The notes beneath the pieces were generated by a model. That model did no database searches. It was not told the origin of the DNA and worked only from the letters and a program-made list of their open reading frames with translations. A stretch of DNA of 64,000 bases from Acidobacteriota bacterium (lineage in GTDB: Bacteria; Acidobacteriota; Vicinamibacteria; Marinacidobacterales; Marinacidobacteraceae): assembly GCA_022820545.1 (NCBI GenBank), contig JAJEFG010000107.1, forward strand, positions 29,579 through 93,578. The letters run 5' to 3'. The number at the start of each line of letters is the position of its first letter. Positions within the stretch are counted from its first letter, which is position 1. This document shows, one piece after another, positions 1-8,967 of this stretch. The translations under genes and the position numbers were made by a program.

Positions 1-1019
1 CGGATCGCGGCGAGCGGCCGGTACTGGCCGCCCGAGGCGCCGGCGGAGATGAACAGGCGCCCTTCCCACGCGAAGGGGCTCTGGATCGGGCCTCCGGCCA
101 TGCGCCTCATGTGCCAGAGCGGATTCCCGTCGAGGTCATAGCTGATCGCGATGCCGGGGCCCAGGGTCACGATCTCGGTGCGCGCCTCGTTCTCCCAGAC
201 GAAGGGAGTGGACCAGCCGGTCTTGCGCCGCTCGGTGATCTCGCGCGGGGTCCGCCAGAGCTCCTCGCCGCTGCGCTTGTCGAAAGCGGCGAGGAAACCC
301 GATTCCTCGTTGTCGTTCAGGACGTAGAGCCGGTCGCCGTGGAGCGCCGGAGAGGCGCCGGTGCCGAAGTCACGGACGGTCGGATGCGCCGCAAGCGGGG
401 TGTCCCACACCGGGTTTCCTTCCATGTCGAAAGCGAACAGGCCGTGATGCGTGAAATAGGCGTAGACGTTCGTCCCGTCGGTCACCGGCGTTTCGGAGGC
501 GTAACTGTTCTTCCGGTGCCGGCCCCCGAGCGGCTGGCCGCGGTACAGCTCCCGTTCCCAGAGTATGGCCCCGGTCTCGAGGTCGAGACAGAAGACGTGC
601 AGGGCGATCACGATCTCCTCGGGCAGTTCGCGGTCGCGGGCGAAGAGGCGCCGGTTGACCTCCTCGGGGGGCAGGCCCTGGGCGCGCAGTTCGGCGATGT
701 AGTTGTTGCTGAAATCGGTCCCGAGCGACGGTCCCTTCATTTCCTGGGAGCTGGTGGCGGCGGTCAGGAAGATCCGGTTCCCCCAGACCACCGGAGACGA
801 CCAGCCCACCCCGGGGACCGCGGCGGCCCACTCGACGTTCTCGGTCCTGGACCAGGTGACCGGCAGGTCCGGATGGGCGCCCACGGGGTTGGCGAGAGGC
901 CCCCGGAAGCGGGGCCAGTTGGCGGAAGCGTCGGTTTCGGACGGTTGTTTCTCTCCCGCCACCGGCGCGGCGGCGAGGATGGCGAAGGCGGCGAGCGCCG
1001 CGAGCGGCAGCGGTCTCAT
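1..1019 (-). CDS. PQQ-like beta-propeller repeat protein (BamB-like fold), secreted; 3' end runs off the window start
   Basis: My own reverse-strand translation starts MRPLPLAALAAFAILAAAPVAGEKQ (signal peptide) and is followed by repeated W...SSP.V beta-propeller repeat motifs. The + strand ORF 111..1082 is its antisense shadow. Its ATG overlaps the stop of the upstream gene (ATGA). Confidence 0.6.
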   Translation of the reverse strand, partial: MRPLPLAALAAFAILAAAPVAGEKQPSETDASANWPRFRGPLANPVGAHPDLPVTWSRTENVEWAAAVPGVGWSSPVVWGNRIFLTAATSSQEMKGPSLGTDFSNNYIAELRAQGLPPEEVNRRLFARDRELPEEIVIALHVFCLDLETGAILWERELYRGQPLGGRHRKNSYASETPVTDGTNVYAYFTHHGLFAFDMEGNPVWDTPLAAHPTVRDFGTGASPALHGDRLYVLNDNEESGFLAAFDKRSGEELWRTPREITERRKTGWSTPFVWENEARTEIVTLGPGIAISYDLDGNPLWHMRRMAGGPIQSPFAWEGRLFISAGASGGQYRPLAAI

Positions 1020-1879
1020 TCGGGGATCAGGGACGGAGGCATCCCGGTGCGCTTGCTGCCCGCGTCCTTCCAGGCGTCGTAGCGGAGCCGGAGGGTGATG
1101 ACGGGGTTGGCGTTCTCGTGGGGCTGGATGTCCTCGTCGCTGACGGCGAGGTATGCGTAGTAGTCGCCGTCGTTGTGCGACTGGCCCAGCGCGTCGTCCC
1201 GGTTCGCGATGGCGATGTAGGCGACGTGGGAGGTCTTGCCGTCGCAGGGGGCGGCGGGCTTCGGTTCCTCCTCGCAGGTGCAGCGCTTGTCGCCGCCGGC
1301 GCGGTCCGCGCCTTCCATGGCGGCCATCACCCGGTCGGCCAGGGTGCCCTTCGCCCTCATGAAGGCCAGCACGGCATCCTCCGCCACGTCGTCGTCGAAG
1401 AGGATGTTCCCCTGGACCTGGACGAAGATGTCGTCTCCGACCTGGCCCGCCACGTAGAGCGATGCCGCGCTGTTGCGGCTCCCGTTGAAGCCGGCGCTCC
1501 GGCCCTGGAGGTCCAGGATGCCGAACTGGCGCCGTTCCATCTGGGGTTCGTCCTTGAGGTTCTCCTGCTCCCGAAGGAGTTCGATGATCCGCTCGGGGTC
1601 GGTTCCCTTCCGGATCTCCTCATAGACGAGCGTCTGGTTCGCGCGGGTGTTGTCCACGCCGGCCTGGCAGGCGGCGACTCCCACGCCGGGGACGATGACG
1701 GCCTGGATGTCCATCAGGTCCCGGGCCGGCCGGGGCGGAAACCGCGACTGGCGAACGCAGGTGGCCGAGGCGACGATCACCTGGCCGGAGTTGCGGTCCA
1801 CCGCGATCACCGACCAGGTGGCGAGTGCGGCTGTCGGCGCGAGCAACGCCGCCAGGGCGAGAAGTGCGATGCGTCTCAT
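1016..1879 (-). CDS. DUF1028-family (Ntn-hydrolase-like) secreted protein
   Basis: Within ORF 1016..2005(-), the internal start MRRIALLALAALLAPTAALA is a signal peptide followed by TWSVIAVDRNSGQVIVASATC, a DUF1028-like N-terminus. The 5' extension of the ORF is antisense junk. The stop overlaps the downstream ATG. Confidence 0.6.
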   Translation of the reverse strand: MRRIALLALAALLAPTAALATWSVIAVDRNSGQVIVASATCVRQSRFPPRPARDLMDIQAVIVPGVGVAACQAGVDNTRANQTLVYEEIRKGTDPERIIELLREQENLKDEPQMERRQFGILDLQGRSAGFNGSRNSAASLYVAGQVGDDIFVQVQGNILFDDDVAEDAVLAFMRAKGTLADRVMAAMEGADRAGGDKRCTCEEEPKPAAPCDGKTSHVAYIAIANRDDALGQSHNDGDYYAYLAVSDEDIQPHENANPVITLRLRYDAWKDAGSKRTGMPPSLIPE

Positions 1880-2155
1880 GGGCGCCTCCCGGTGAGAGGC
1901 TATCGTGTCCGGTCGGACAGAGGTCACCGGCGCGATCCGAACCGGCCGCTTCGGGGACGGGACCGTGGGACATGGCGCGCCGCCAACCGGCGGTTGGGGG
2001 GGCAAGGGGGATCAGTGGCCTTCCCCTTGCTTGCCCTCTTCCCGGACGGTGGAGTTTTCCGGGGCATGCGCGGGCGCACGGTGGCTTCGCAGCCATCCTG
2101 CGCCGAGGCGATCCTTGCCGAGACTCCGCGGAGCCTTCGTTGGAGGTGTTCGGTG

Positions 2156-4777
2156 ATGAGCAGGTTCTCGAGCTGCCATTTGGTCTGTCTGCTGGGCGCC
2201 TCAGTCCTGGCCGGGGGTTGCGGTCAGGATTCGGTGGCGCCGTCGTCCACGTTCCCGCGTCGCGCACTTCCGGGAGATCCGGTACGGGATTGGCTCGACG
2301 CCAACGGCAAGCCGTTCGAGGGTCCCCACCTCTCGCTTCCCCACCAGGAACTGGAGTTCATGAGGGAACTGGTGGGCGACGCACGCATCGTCTCCCTGGG
2401 TGAGAACACCCACGGGGCTCGCGACTTCTTCGAGATGAAGGCCCGCGTGCTGCGCTTCCTGGTGGAGGAGATGGGGTTCAACACCTTCGGCATCGAAGCC
2501 ACCTGGCCGGAGGCTCGGCTTCTGGACCGGTACGTTCGGACCGGCGAGGGTGACGCAAGGGAGCTGCTCCAGGGTCTCTTCTTCTGGACCTGGCGGACCG
2601 AGTCGGTGCTCGAGATGATCGAGTGGATGCGCGCCCACAACGAGGCGGGCGGCGACGTCGGGTTTCACGGCTTCGACATGCAGTTCCCCGGCCTCGCGCT
2701 CGAGAACGTGCGCGCCTATTTCCGCGAGGTGGATCCCGATCGGGTCGGGATCGTCAACGAACACATCCAGTGCCTCGACGCCTTCGCGAACGACGAAAGG
2801 GGACGGTTCCCGACTCGGCGTTACGCCAGCCAGCCCCTCGCCTATCAACGAGACTGCGCTGCTTCACTGCAGGAGGTCCGCAACCTGCTGTTCGTGAGGC
2901 GGGCGCAGTACGAGGCCGCTTCGGGCACGGACGCGTTCGAGGTCGCCCTCCAGAGCTTGCGCGTCGCCGTTCAATACCACCTCGATGAGACAGGCGAACA
3001 GGATCGCGACGAATCCATGGCGGAAAACGTCGGCTGGATCAGCGACCGGATCGGGCCGGACGGGCGAATGGTCCTCTGGGCCCACAACTACCACGTCTCC
3101 ACGCAGGAGGGGGCCCAGGGTCATTTCATGCGGCAGCGCTTCGGGGACGACATGGTGGTGGTCGGTTTCAGCCACGCCCGCGGCCACTTCACCGCGGTTA
3201 CCCGGACTGGGTCGCAGTACCGGGGACTGGCCGAGCACGAACTCGACGAGCCCGTCGAGGGCTCCTTCGAGAGCTATCTGGAGAGGGCCTCCGCGCCCCG
3301 GTTCGTGCTCGATCTCCGGGACCTGGGCACGATCTCGGCGGGAAACTCATGGCTCACGGAGACGCGGCCGTTCCGCGGCATCGGCGCCGTCTACGACCCC
3401 GACGCACCCGGTGACTATTGGCATGAGGCCCCGCTCCGGGAGTGGTACGACGTGATCATCCACTTCGAGTCCACGCGCGCGACCGCGGTGCTGCCGACGG
3501 TGACGCCGAGACCCGAACCAGTTCCCGACCCGACGGCCGCCGAGGAGTGGATCGAAACCAGTGCCGTGCCGTTCCACGGCACTCACTTCTCCCTCCCGCA
3601 CCGCGATCTTGCCGGCGTCGGGGAGGTGGTTGGCGAGGCCCGCATCGTCGCCCTCGGCGAGAACACCTACGGCACCCGCGACTTCCACCAGATGAAGGCC
3701 CGCCTCTTTCGCTATCTCGTGGAAGAGAAGGGTTTCGACACGTTCGCGCTGGAGGGCGCCTGGCCGGAGACCCGCCTCCTGAACCGCTACCTGCAAACCG
3801 GCGAGGGAGACCCCCACAGGCTGCTGTCCGGAATGCACTTCTGGGTGTGGAGATCCGAGTCCATGCTCGAACTCATCAAGTGGATGCGGGCCTACAACGA
3901 AGACGGAGGCCACCTGGAATTCCATGGATTCGACATGCAGTACCCGGGACTGGCGCTCAGGAACGTCCGCGAGTACCTGCGTTCGGTGGATCCCGAACGC
4001 GCGGCGTCGGTGGAGGCCGATCTCAACTGTCTCGAGACCTTTGCCAACGACCACACCGGACGGTTCCCCAGTTCACGATACGCCGATCAGACCGAGATCT
4101 ACCGGTCCGCCTGCGGGGATTCGCTCGAGGCGGTGCGGGAAGACCTGGTCGCGAACCGGAACGCATACGAAGCGGCATCCGATGAGGATGCCTTCGCGGT
4201 AGCGCTCCAAAGCCTGCGGGTGGCGGTTCAGTACCACCTGATGTTTGCCCGCGAGCAGTCGCGCTCGGAGTCCATGGCCGAGAACATCGCCTGGATCAAC
4301 GGGCGCGTCGGGCCGGGCGGTGGGCTGGTCCTTTGGGCCCACAACTCCCATTTCGCGCGAAATCCCGCCGCCACGGGGTTTCACCTGCACGAGATGTTCG
4401 GGGACGATCTGCTCAGCGTCGCCTTCGGCCACGAAAGCGGGCAGTTCACGGCTGTCACTCGCCGGGGATCGGAGTACGTCGGCCAAATGGTGAACGAGTT
4501 GAGCCCTCCAATTCCCCACTCGTTCGAGTACTACCTGGCGGGCGCCTCCGCGTCCCGTCTGGTACTCGACCTGCGCACCTGGGACGCGAGTTCGCCGGGC
4601 AGTGCCTGGCTCGGCGACCTCCGTCCGTTCCGCAACATCGGTTGCTGCTACGACCCTGACACCCCGGAGAGTTACTGGCGCTCGATTCCCTTGGCACGTT
4701 GGTACGACGTGCTCATCTTCTTCAAGACGACCCGGCCTGCCGTGGTGCTTCCCGCACTCACCCCGGATCCCTGGTAA
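2156..4777 (+). CDS. Lipoprotein with two tandem erythromycin-esterase-family (Ere/PF05139-like) domains
   Basis: This is the in-frame internal start of ORF 1118..4777. MSRFSSCHLVCLLGASVLAGGCGQDS has a lipobox (LAGGC). There are two ~400-aa repeats, each carrying an LGENTHGxxxF(F/H) motif, MKAR..R(F/Y)LVEE.GF.TF, WAHN.H and VAFGHxxG. The 5' 1 kb of the ORF is antisense to the DUF1028 gene. Confidence 0.7.
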   Translation: MSRFSSCHLVCLLGASVLAGGCGQDSVAPSSTFPRRALPGDPVRDWLDANGKPFEGPHLSLPHQELEFMRELVGDARIVSLGENTHGARDFFEMKARVLRFLVEEMGFNTFGIEATWPEARLLDRYVRTGEGDARELLQGLFFWTWRTESVLEMIEWMRAHNEAGGDVGFHGFDMQFPGLALENVRAYFREVDPDRVGIVNEHIQCLDAFANDERGRFPTRRYASQPLAYQRDCAASLQEVRNLLFVRRAQYEAASGTDAFEVALQSLRVAVQYHLDETGEQDRDESMAENVGWISDRIGPDGRMVLWAHNYHVSTQEGAQGHFMRQRFGDDMVVVGFSHARGHFTAVTRTGSQYRGLAEHELDEPVEGSFESYLERASAPRFVLDLRDLGTISAGNSWLTETRPFRGIGAVYDPDAPGDYWHEAPLREWYDVIIHFESTRATAVLPTVTPRPEPVPDPTAAEEWIETSAVPFHGTHFSLPHRDLAGVGEVVGEARIVALGENTYGTRDFHQMKARLFRYLVEEKGFDTFALEGAWPETRLLNRYLQTGEGDPHRLLSGMHFWVWRSESMLELIKWMRAYNEDGGHLEFHGFDMQYPGLALRNVREYLRSVDPERAASVEADLNCLETFANDHTGRFPSSRYADQTEIYRSACGDSLEAVREDLVANRNAYEAASDEDAFAVALQSLRVAVQYHLMFAREQSRSESMAENIAWINGRVGPGGGLVLWAHNSHFARNPAATGFHLHEMFGDDLLSVAFGHESGQFTAVTRRGSEYVGQMVNELSPPIPHSFEYYLAGASASRLVLDLRTWDASSPGSAWLGDLRPFRNIGCCYDPDTPESYWRSIPLARWYDVLIFFKTTRPAVVLPALTPDPW

Positions 4778-5056
4778 GGCTTGCGGGTGGGACCGCAGCA
4801 CGGCCCACGCGTCGTTCCCGCTTGAACTGCCGGCCTAGCGGGCGTGCGGCCCGGGGCTCCGGCGCGCGATAGTCGAACCGGGCGATTCCACGGTGGCGAG
4901 GTAAAGGCCGCCCGGGACCAGGACCGCCGTCAGGGCGGCGAGAAGGAGGGCGAGGATCGTCATGGGGACATCATGGCGGCCGAGTGCGCCAAAAGGTGTC
5001 CCCCGGCCGCCACGCCGGTCCCTGGGTCGCGAGTTGGAACCGGCCGGCGGCTCGTT

Positions 5057-6262
5057 CTAGAGCAGTTCCCGTTCGGCGACCACGTCCATGTCGCCGCCGA
5101 AGAGCCGGCGCGGCGTCACCTCGACGGGTTTCGGCAGCCTGTCCTCGGCGGTCTCCTCCGGCCGGCCGCCCAGCTCGCGCAGTTTCCGCAGGTGCGGCGT
5201 GAGACGCGACTCGGCTGAGCCCGCGGCGGCGTTGTAAACCGCGTTCGTCTTGGTGAGCTGACTCCCCACGTCGGCGAAGCGAGCGAGAAAGATCTCGAGA
5301 CGCTTTTCGAGCTCGAGACCGGCCTTTTTCATTTCCTCGGCGTTCCGGGTGCTTGTCTCGCTCCGCCACATCGCCACGACGCTCCAGAGAAGTCCCATCA
5401 GAGTGTGGGGGGTGGCGAGGACCACGTTGCGTTTCGCCGCGTAAGGGAGGAGGTCCGGTTCGTGTCGGATAGCTTCCGAAAGGAGCGATTCGAAGGGTAG
5501 GAACATCACCGTGAACGGCGGGCCGTCGCCGAGCTTGGTCGGATAGCTCCTACGGGAAAGCTCCTCCGTGTGCGCCTTGACCCGCTTCGCGTGCTTCGCG
5601 AGCGCCGCGTCCTGGAGCTCGGGTGATTCCACCTCGGTGGCCGTCAGGTAGTCGTCCATCGGAACCTTGGAGTCCACGGGCAGGCGCGTCCCGCCCGGCA
5701 ACTGGAGTTCCAGGTCGGGCCGTGCGCCATTTGTTCCCTTTTGGGTCCTGAAGTCGGCGTGGCTCGTGAGCCCCACCGACTCGATCAGGTTCTGGAGCTG
5801 GATCTCGCCCCATTTGCCGCGGGCTTGCTTGTCCCCCTTCAGTGCCTCACGCAGCGAGCGACTGCTGTCCTGAACATCTTCCACCTGGCTGGCGAGGCGC
5901 TCCGCTACCTTTTGAAGGGCGCCGCGGTCTTCAGCGCGTTTCCGCTCCAGCTCGCGTGCGAGACCCTCGACCTTGGCGAGCGATTCGCGCAGCGGTCCCG
6001 CGGTCTCGGCGAACTTCGCCTGCCCGATTTCCCGATCCGAGCGGGCTGCGGCCTGCAGGCGCTCGACGGCCTGCCCGGTGGCGTGTTCGTAGGCCTCCCG
6101 GGCCTGCTGGTTGCTCTCGGCGGCCGCGGCGCGTGCGATGTCCTTGAGATCCGACTGGGTCTGCTGGCGCCCGCTCCGCTCCCCGGCGCGCAGGCCGGCG
6201 ACGTAGGCGGCGACGCCCAGGGCCAGGGCGCACAGGGCGAAGAGGAGGGTGGAAGTGATCAT
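5057..6262 (-). CDS. rmuC: DNA recombination protein RmuC
   Basis: ORF 5057..6664(-) trimmed to the internal Met MITSTLLFALCALALGVAAYVAG (N-terminal TM helix). A coiled-coil region follows, then a RmuC-domain C-terminus (PVDSKVPMDDY, VMFLPFESL, VVLATPHTLMGLL). GGAGA lies 9 nt upstream of the ATG. Confidence 0.8.
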   Translation of the reverse strand: MITSTLLFALCALALGVAAYVAGLRAGERSGRQQTQSDLKDIARAAAAESNQQAREAYEHATGQAVERLQAAARSDREIGQAKFAETAGPLRESLAKVEGLARELERKRAEDRGALQKVAERLASQVEDVQDSSRSLREALKGDKQARGKWGEIQLQNLIESVGLTSHADFRTQKGTNGARPDLELQLPGGTRLPVDSKVPMDDYLTATEVESPELQDAALAKHAKRVKAHTEELSRRSYPTKLGDGPPFTVMFLPFESLLSEAIRHEPDLLPYAAKRNVVLATPHTLMGLLWSVVAMWRSETSTRNAEEMKKAGLELEKRLEIFLARFADVGSQLTKTNAVYNAAAGSAESRLTPHLRKLRELGGRPEETAEDRLPKPVEVTPRRLFGGDMDVVAERELL

Positions 6263-6338
6263 GGGGTGCATTCTCCGAGGCGGATACGCCAGAACCTGAC
6301 ACCCCCGGCGCCCGGGAAGCGGGCGAGGGCGGCGGGCC

Positions 6339-6557
6339 TCATTCCGGAGTCCTCCGGCCGGGCCGGGAGTGCGGCGGCTGCCGGAAAAGAGGACCGCGGC
6401 GGAAGATGTAGGCGGCGACCGCGTCGCGAACCACCCAGGCGAGCGACACCCGCTTCTCGGCGGCGATCCTCCGGAGTTCCTCGTAGTCGGCGGCGTCGAA
6501 GGAGACGGATACCCGGCGGACGGTGTCCCGGGAGCTATCCCTGCCGCTTTGCACCAT
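6339..6557 (-). CDS. Ribbon-helix-helix (CopG/antitoxin-like) DNA-binding protein, orphan
   Basis: This is the C-terminal 72 aa of ORF 6339..7121(-), starting at MVQSGRD. The RHH signature is VRRVSVSFDAADYEELRRIAAEKRVSLAWVVRDAVAAYI. No toxin gene is adjacent; rmuC starts 76 nt downstream. Confidence 0.65.
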   Translation of the reverse strand: MVQSGRDSSRDTVRRVSVSFDAADYEELRRIAAEKRVSLAWVVRDAVAAYIFRRGPLFRQPPHSRPGRRTPE

Positions 6558-6559
6558 GA

Positions 6560-6576
6560 TGCACCATTGTGGTGCA
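6560..6576. promoter_or_regulatory. Palindrome TGCACCA-TTG-TGGTGCA (plus direct GCACCAT repeat) immediately 5' of the RHH gene start; putative autoregulatory operator
   Basis: A perfect 7-bp inverted repeat with a 3-bp spacer abuts the start codon at 6557. GCACCAT occurs twice (6551-6557 and 6561-6567). Confidence 0.45.
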
Positions 6577-6696
6577 GACTGGGAGCCCCAGTCAAACGGG
6601 AACCCTGAACCGGTGACGCGGCGCTCCCGGGCGGTGACGCCGGGCGGGGAAGTGGTGTGCCCACCCGGACCGGTCGTCAGTGGGGGTAACGGGGAG

Positions 6697-6750
6697 CGGT
6701 TTCGACCGCCTCTCGGCGGTCGATGCCGGCCGGAGGCCGGCGCTCCGAGC
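6697..6750 (+). repeat. REP-like GC-rich palindromic element, family A copy 1
   Basis: GGTTTCGACCGCC-TCTC-GGCGGTCGA is a 5' hairpin. It is followed by the core GATGCCGGCCGGAGGCCGGCGCTCCGAGC, which contains the hairpin GCCGGCC-GGA-GGCCGGC. The same core recurs at 33162, 46911 and, inverted, at 42103. Confidence 0.7.
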
Positions 6751-7695
6751 TCAGATTGCGGCCAGGCGAGCCGTCGGGCCGTGAAGGACCTCGACGTAGG
6801 CGCCGGCCGGCACCTCGGCGGAGACGACGGCCAGCGAGAGGCCGGCGGGACCGCCCCAGCCCTCCGGGCGGCGCACGGCGCTCGTGACCCGGCCGGCGGG
6901 AGCAGCCTGAAACAGGACGACCGAATCCGCCGCCGGCGCGAATTCCTCGTCGAACTCCAGCCGGCGCAGGACACGGGGAATCCGGCCCCGATGCGCCTGC
7001 CGCGCCACGTACTCCTGGCCGATGTAGCACCCCCTGCCGAGGCGGACGTGCGCGGCCAGCCCGCTCTGGAGGGGCAGGGCCCGTTCGTCGAGTTCGGCGC
7101 CCCACCGCGGCTCGCCGGCAAGGATCCGGAGGTACTCCTGTTCTTCGGGCGACGCTTCCACGGACTCCCCGCCGTCCTCGATCAGGTCCCGGAAGGACAT
7201 GCGGCCGCCGGTCCGGAGTCCGATGTGGACCATCGTCTTCGCCGTCCAGGGCCGGAAATCCCGGCGGACGAACCCGACTCCGGTTTCCACCACCCAACCC
7301 GGCGAACCCGGATCCGGCCGGCCGGGACTGGGACCGGCGTCCGTGCAGACGATCTCGAAGTCGCCGCGCTCCGCGAGCGCGATCTCCACGTCGTCCGCGA
7401 TCCGGTACCGGTCCAGCGCCGCCGCGAGCGCCTGCTCGCGGGTCCGCTCGCATTCGAGGAGCACCGCCCCGTTCGTGACCGTCGCGACCGCCGGGGCGAT
7501 GAGGTTGCCTCGCGGGCCGAGGAGGGCGGTCCGCGCGGCGCCGGGAGCCCCCGGCAGCTCGCCGGACATGATGCGCGTGAGGAACCCGATCCGGTCGTTC
7601 CCGGTGACGACCACGATCCCCCGGCTGCCCGTTTGCACCGAAAAGCGGGGATCGCCGCCCGGAAACTGCGGGACTTGGGGTGTGGAATCCTCCAT
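6751..7695 (-). CDS. YgfZ/GcvT-like folate-binding protein
   Basis: This is the C-terminal 314 aa of the 1444-aa ORF 6751..11085(-), starting MEDSTPQVPQFPGG. GAGGA lies 9 nt upstream. The remainder of the ORF is antisense to the + strand genes. Confidence 0.6.
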   Translation of the reverse strand: MEDSTPQVPQFPGGDPRFSVQTGSRGIVVVTGNDRIGFLTRIMSGELPGAPGAARTALLGPRGNLIAPAVATVTNGAVLLECERTREQALAAALDRYRIADDVEIALAERGDFEIVCTDAGPSPGRPDPGSPGWVVETGVGFVRRDFRPWTAKTMVHIGLRTGGRMSFRDLIEDGGESVEASPEEQEYLRILAGEPRWGAELDERALPLQSGLAAHVRLGRGCYIGQEYVARQAHRGRIPRVLRRLEFDEEFAPAADSVVLFQAAPAGRVTSAVRRPEGWGGPAGLSLAVVSAEVPAGAYVEVLHGPTARLAAI

Positions 7696-7764
7696 GGATG
7701 GGTCCTCGCGCTTTATCCTAATCGGGGGTGGGCGTTCGCTCCGGCCCGGAGGCCCCCGCCACTC

Positions 7765-8901
7765 ATGGATCTCCCACTCTCGATCGTCGCCGAATCCTTC
7801 AATCCGCCGGCGCCCCGCCGGCTCGATTTCGACAGCGTGGGGTCCCCCCGCACCCTGCGGCCGCGGCCGGTGGGGGCCGGCGCGTCGGCCGAAGCCGATC
7901 TGCGGGCGGACCTGGCCTGGTTCTGGAATTCGAACGCGGACTGGGCGGACGATCAGATCGCGGTCGGTGAGAACTACCCGGAGCTGGTGCGGCGGCTGGC
8001 CGGTTCGCTCGGACTTCGGGAAGGCGACCGCGTCGTGCTCTGCGGCTCGGAGCCGGACGGGCGGCGCGCCGCCTGGCGGGCGGCCCTCCCGGACGGGGTC
8101 GAGGTATCCGACTGGCGCCCGCGCCGGCTGGGGAGGGTGCTGCTCCGCGACCTCGAGGCGCTGCTCCACGAGCGGACCCGCCTCGTGCTGCTGACCAAGG
8201 CCTGTCCGGTGACCGGCTCGCTGAACGAGATCATCCCGGTCGCGCGGCTTCTGGAGGGGACGGATGCGGTGCTCGTCACCGACGCGAGCCACTTCGTCGC
8301 CCACGGTTCGCTCGACATCCGGAACCTCCGCTGCGACGCCGTCATCGCGGACGTGGCCGAATTCTTCGGCGCCCGCGGGGCGGCGCTCTGGGCCCGCCGG
8401 CTGGATAGCGAGGCCTCGGCGAACGGGGCCGTCTCGCCCAACGTCCTCGCGGGGCTCGCCCGGGCGGTTTCCTATGCCGAGCGGCTCGGCGAGGCGCCGG
8501 CCGCCCCGGTGGCGCCGCCCTCCGAGCGCTTCGGACGCCGGGAACCGATGCGGAAGGGGATGCAGGGCATCCGCCAGGAGGAACGGATCCTCTCCCGCTG
8601 GATGCTCCGCGGACTCGCGCGCATCGAGGGCGTCTCGGTCCTCGGGGAGGACGATCCCCGCCGGGCCGCGTACCGGATTCCGACGTTCACCTTCACCTGC
8701 GAGGGAGGGAGCGCGCCGGCGCTCGGCGCCGCGCTCGAGGCGGAGGGGGTGCAGGTCGCCGCCGGGGACCTGGGGTCCTCGACCACGCTGGAGAGCCTCG
8801 GCCACGATCCGGAAGCCGGCGTGCTGCGGGCGTCGCTCGGGCACTACCACACCCGGGACGACGTCGAGCGTTTCCTGCGCGTGCTGCAGTCGCTGCTCTA
8901 G
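7765..8901 (+). CDS. Aminotransferase class V / cysteine desulfurase-like PLP enzyme
   Basis: This is the C-terminal 378 aa of ORF 6523..8901(+), starting MDLPLSIVAESF. The fold is class V-like (VTDASHFVAHGSLDIRNLRCDAV, HYHTRDDVERFL). It is divergent from the ygfZ-like gene. Confidence 0.65.
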   Translation: MDLPLSIVAESFNPPAPRRLDFDSVGSPRTLRPRPVGAGASAEADLRADLAWFWNSNADWADDQIAVGENYPELVRRLAGSLGLREGDRVVLCGSEPDGRRAAWRAALPDGVEVSDWRPRRLGRVLLRDLEALLHERTRLVLLTKACPVTGSLNEIIPVARLLEGTDAVLVTDASHFVAHGSLDIRNLRCDAVIADVAEFFGARGAALWARRLDSEASANGAVSPNVLAGLARAVSYAERLGEAPAAPVAPPSERFGRREPMRKGMQGIRQEERILSRWMLRGLARIEGVSVLGEDDPRRAAYRIPTFTFTCEGGSAPALGAALEAEGVQVAAGDLGSSTTLESLGHDPEAGVLRASLGHYHTRDDVERFLRVLQSLL

Positions 8902-8967
8902 TTCGGAACGGGCTCTCCTGCGCGCCGCCGCCGGGGCGCGTACGATGGTGGGTCCCGGAGGCAAGCC

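Noticed and set aside
111-1082. 323-aa + strand ORF at the window start
   Set aside because: It is the antisense shadow of the minus-strand PQQ-like gene. Its composition is Arg/Gly/Pro-rich and low-complexity, and the opposite strand gives a protein with a signal peptide and repeat motifs.
1118-2155. 5' 346 codons of ORF 1118..4777
   Set aside because: Antisense to the DUF1028 gene. The real protein begins at the lipoprotein signal peptide at 2156.
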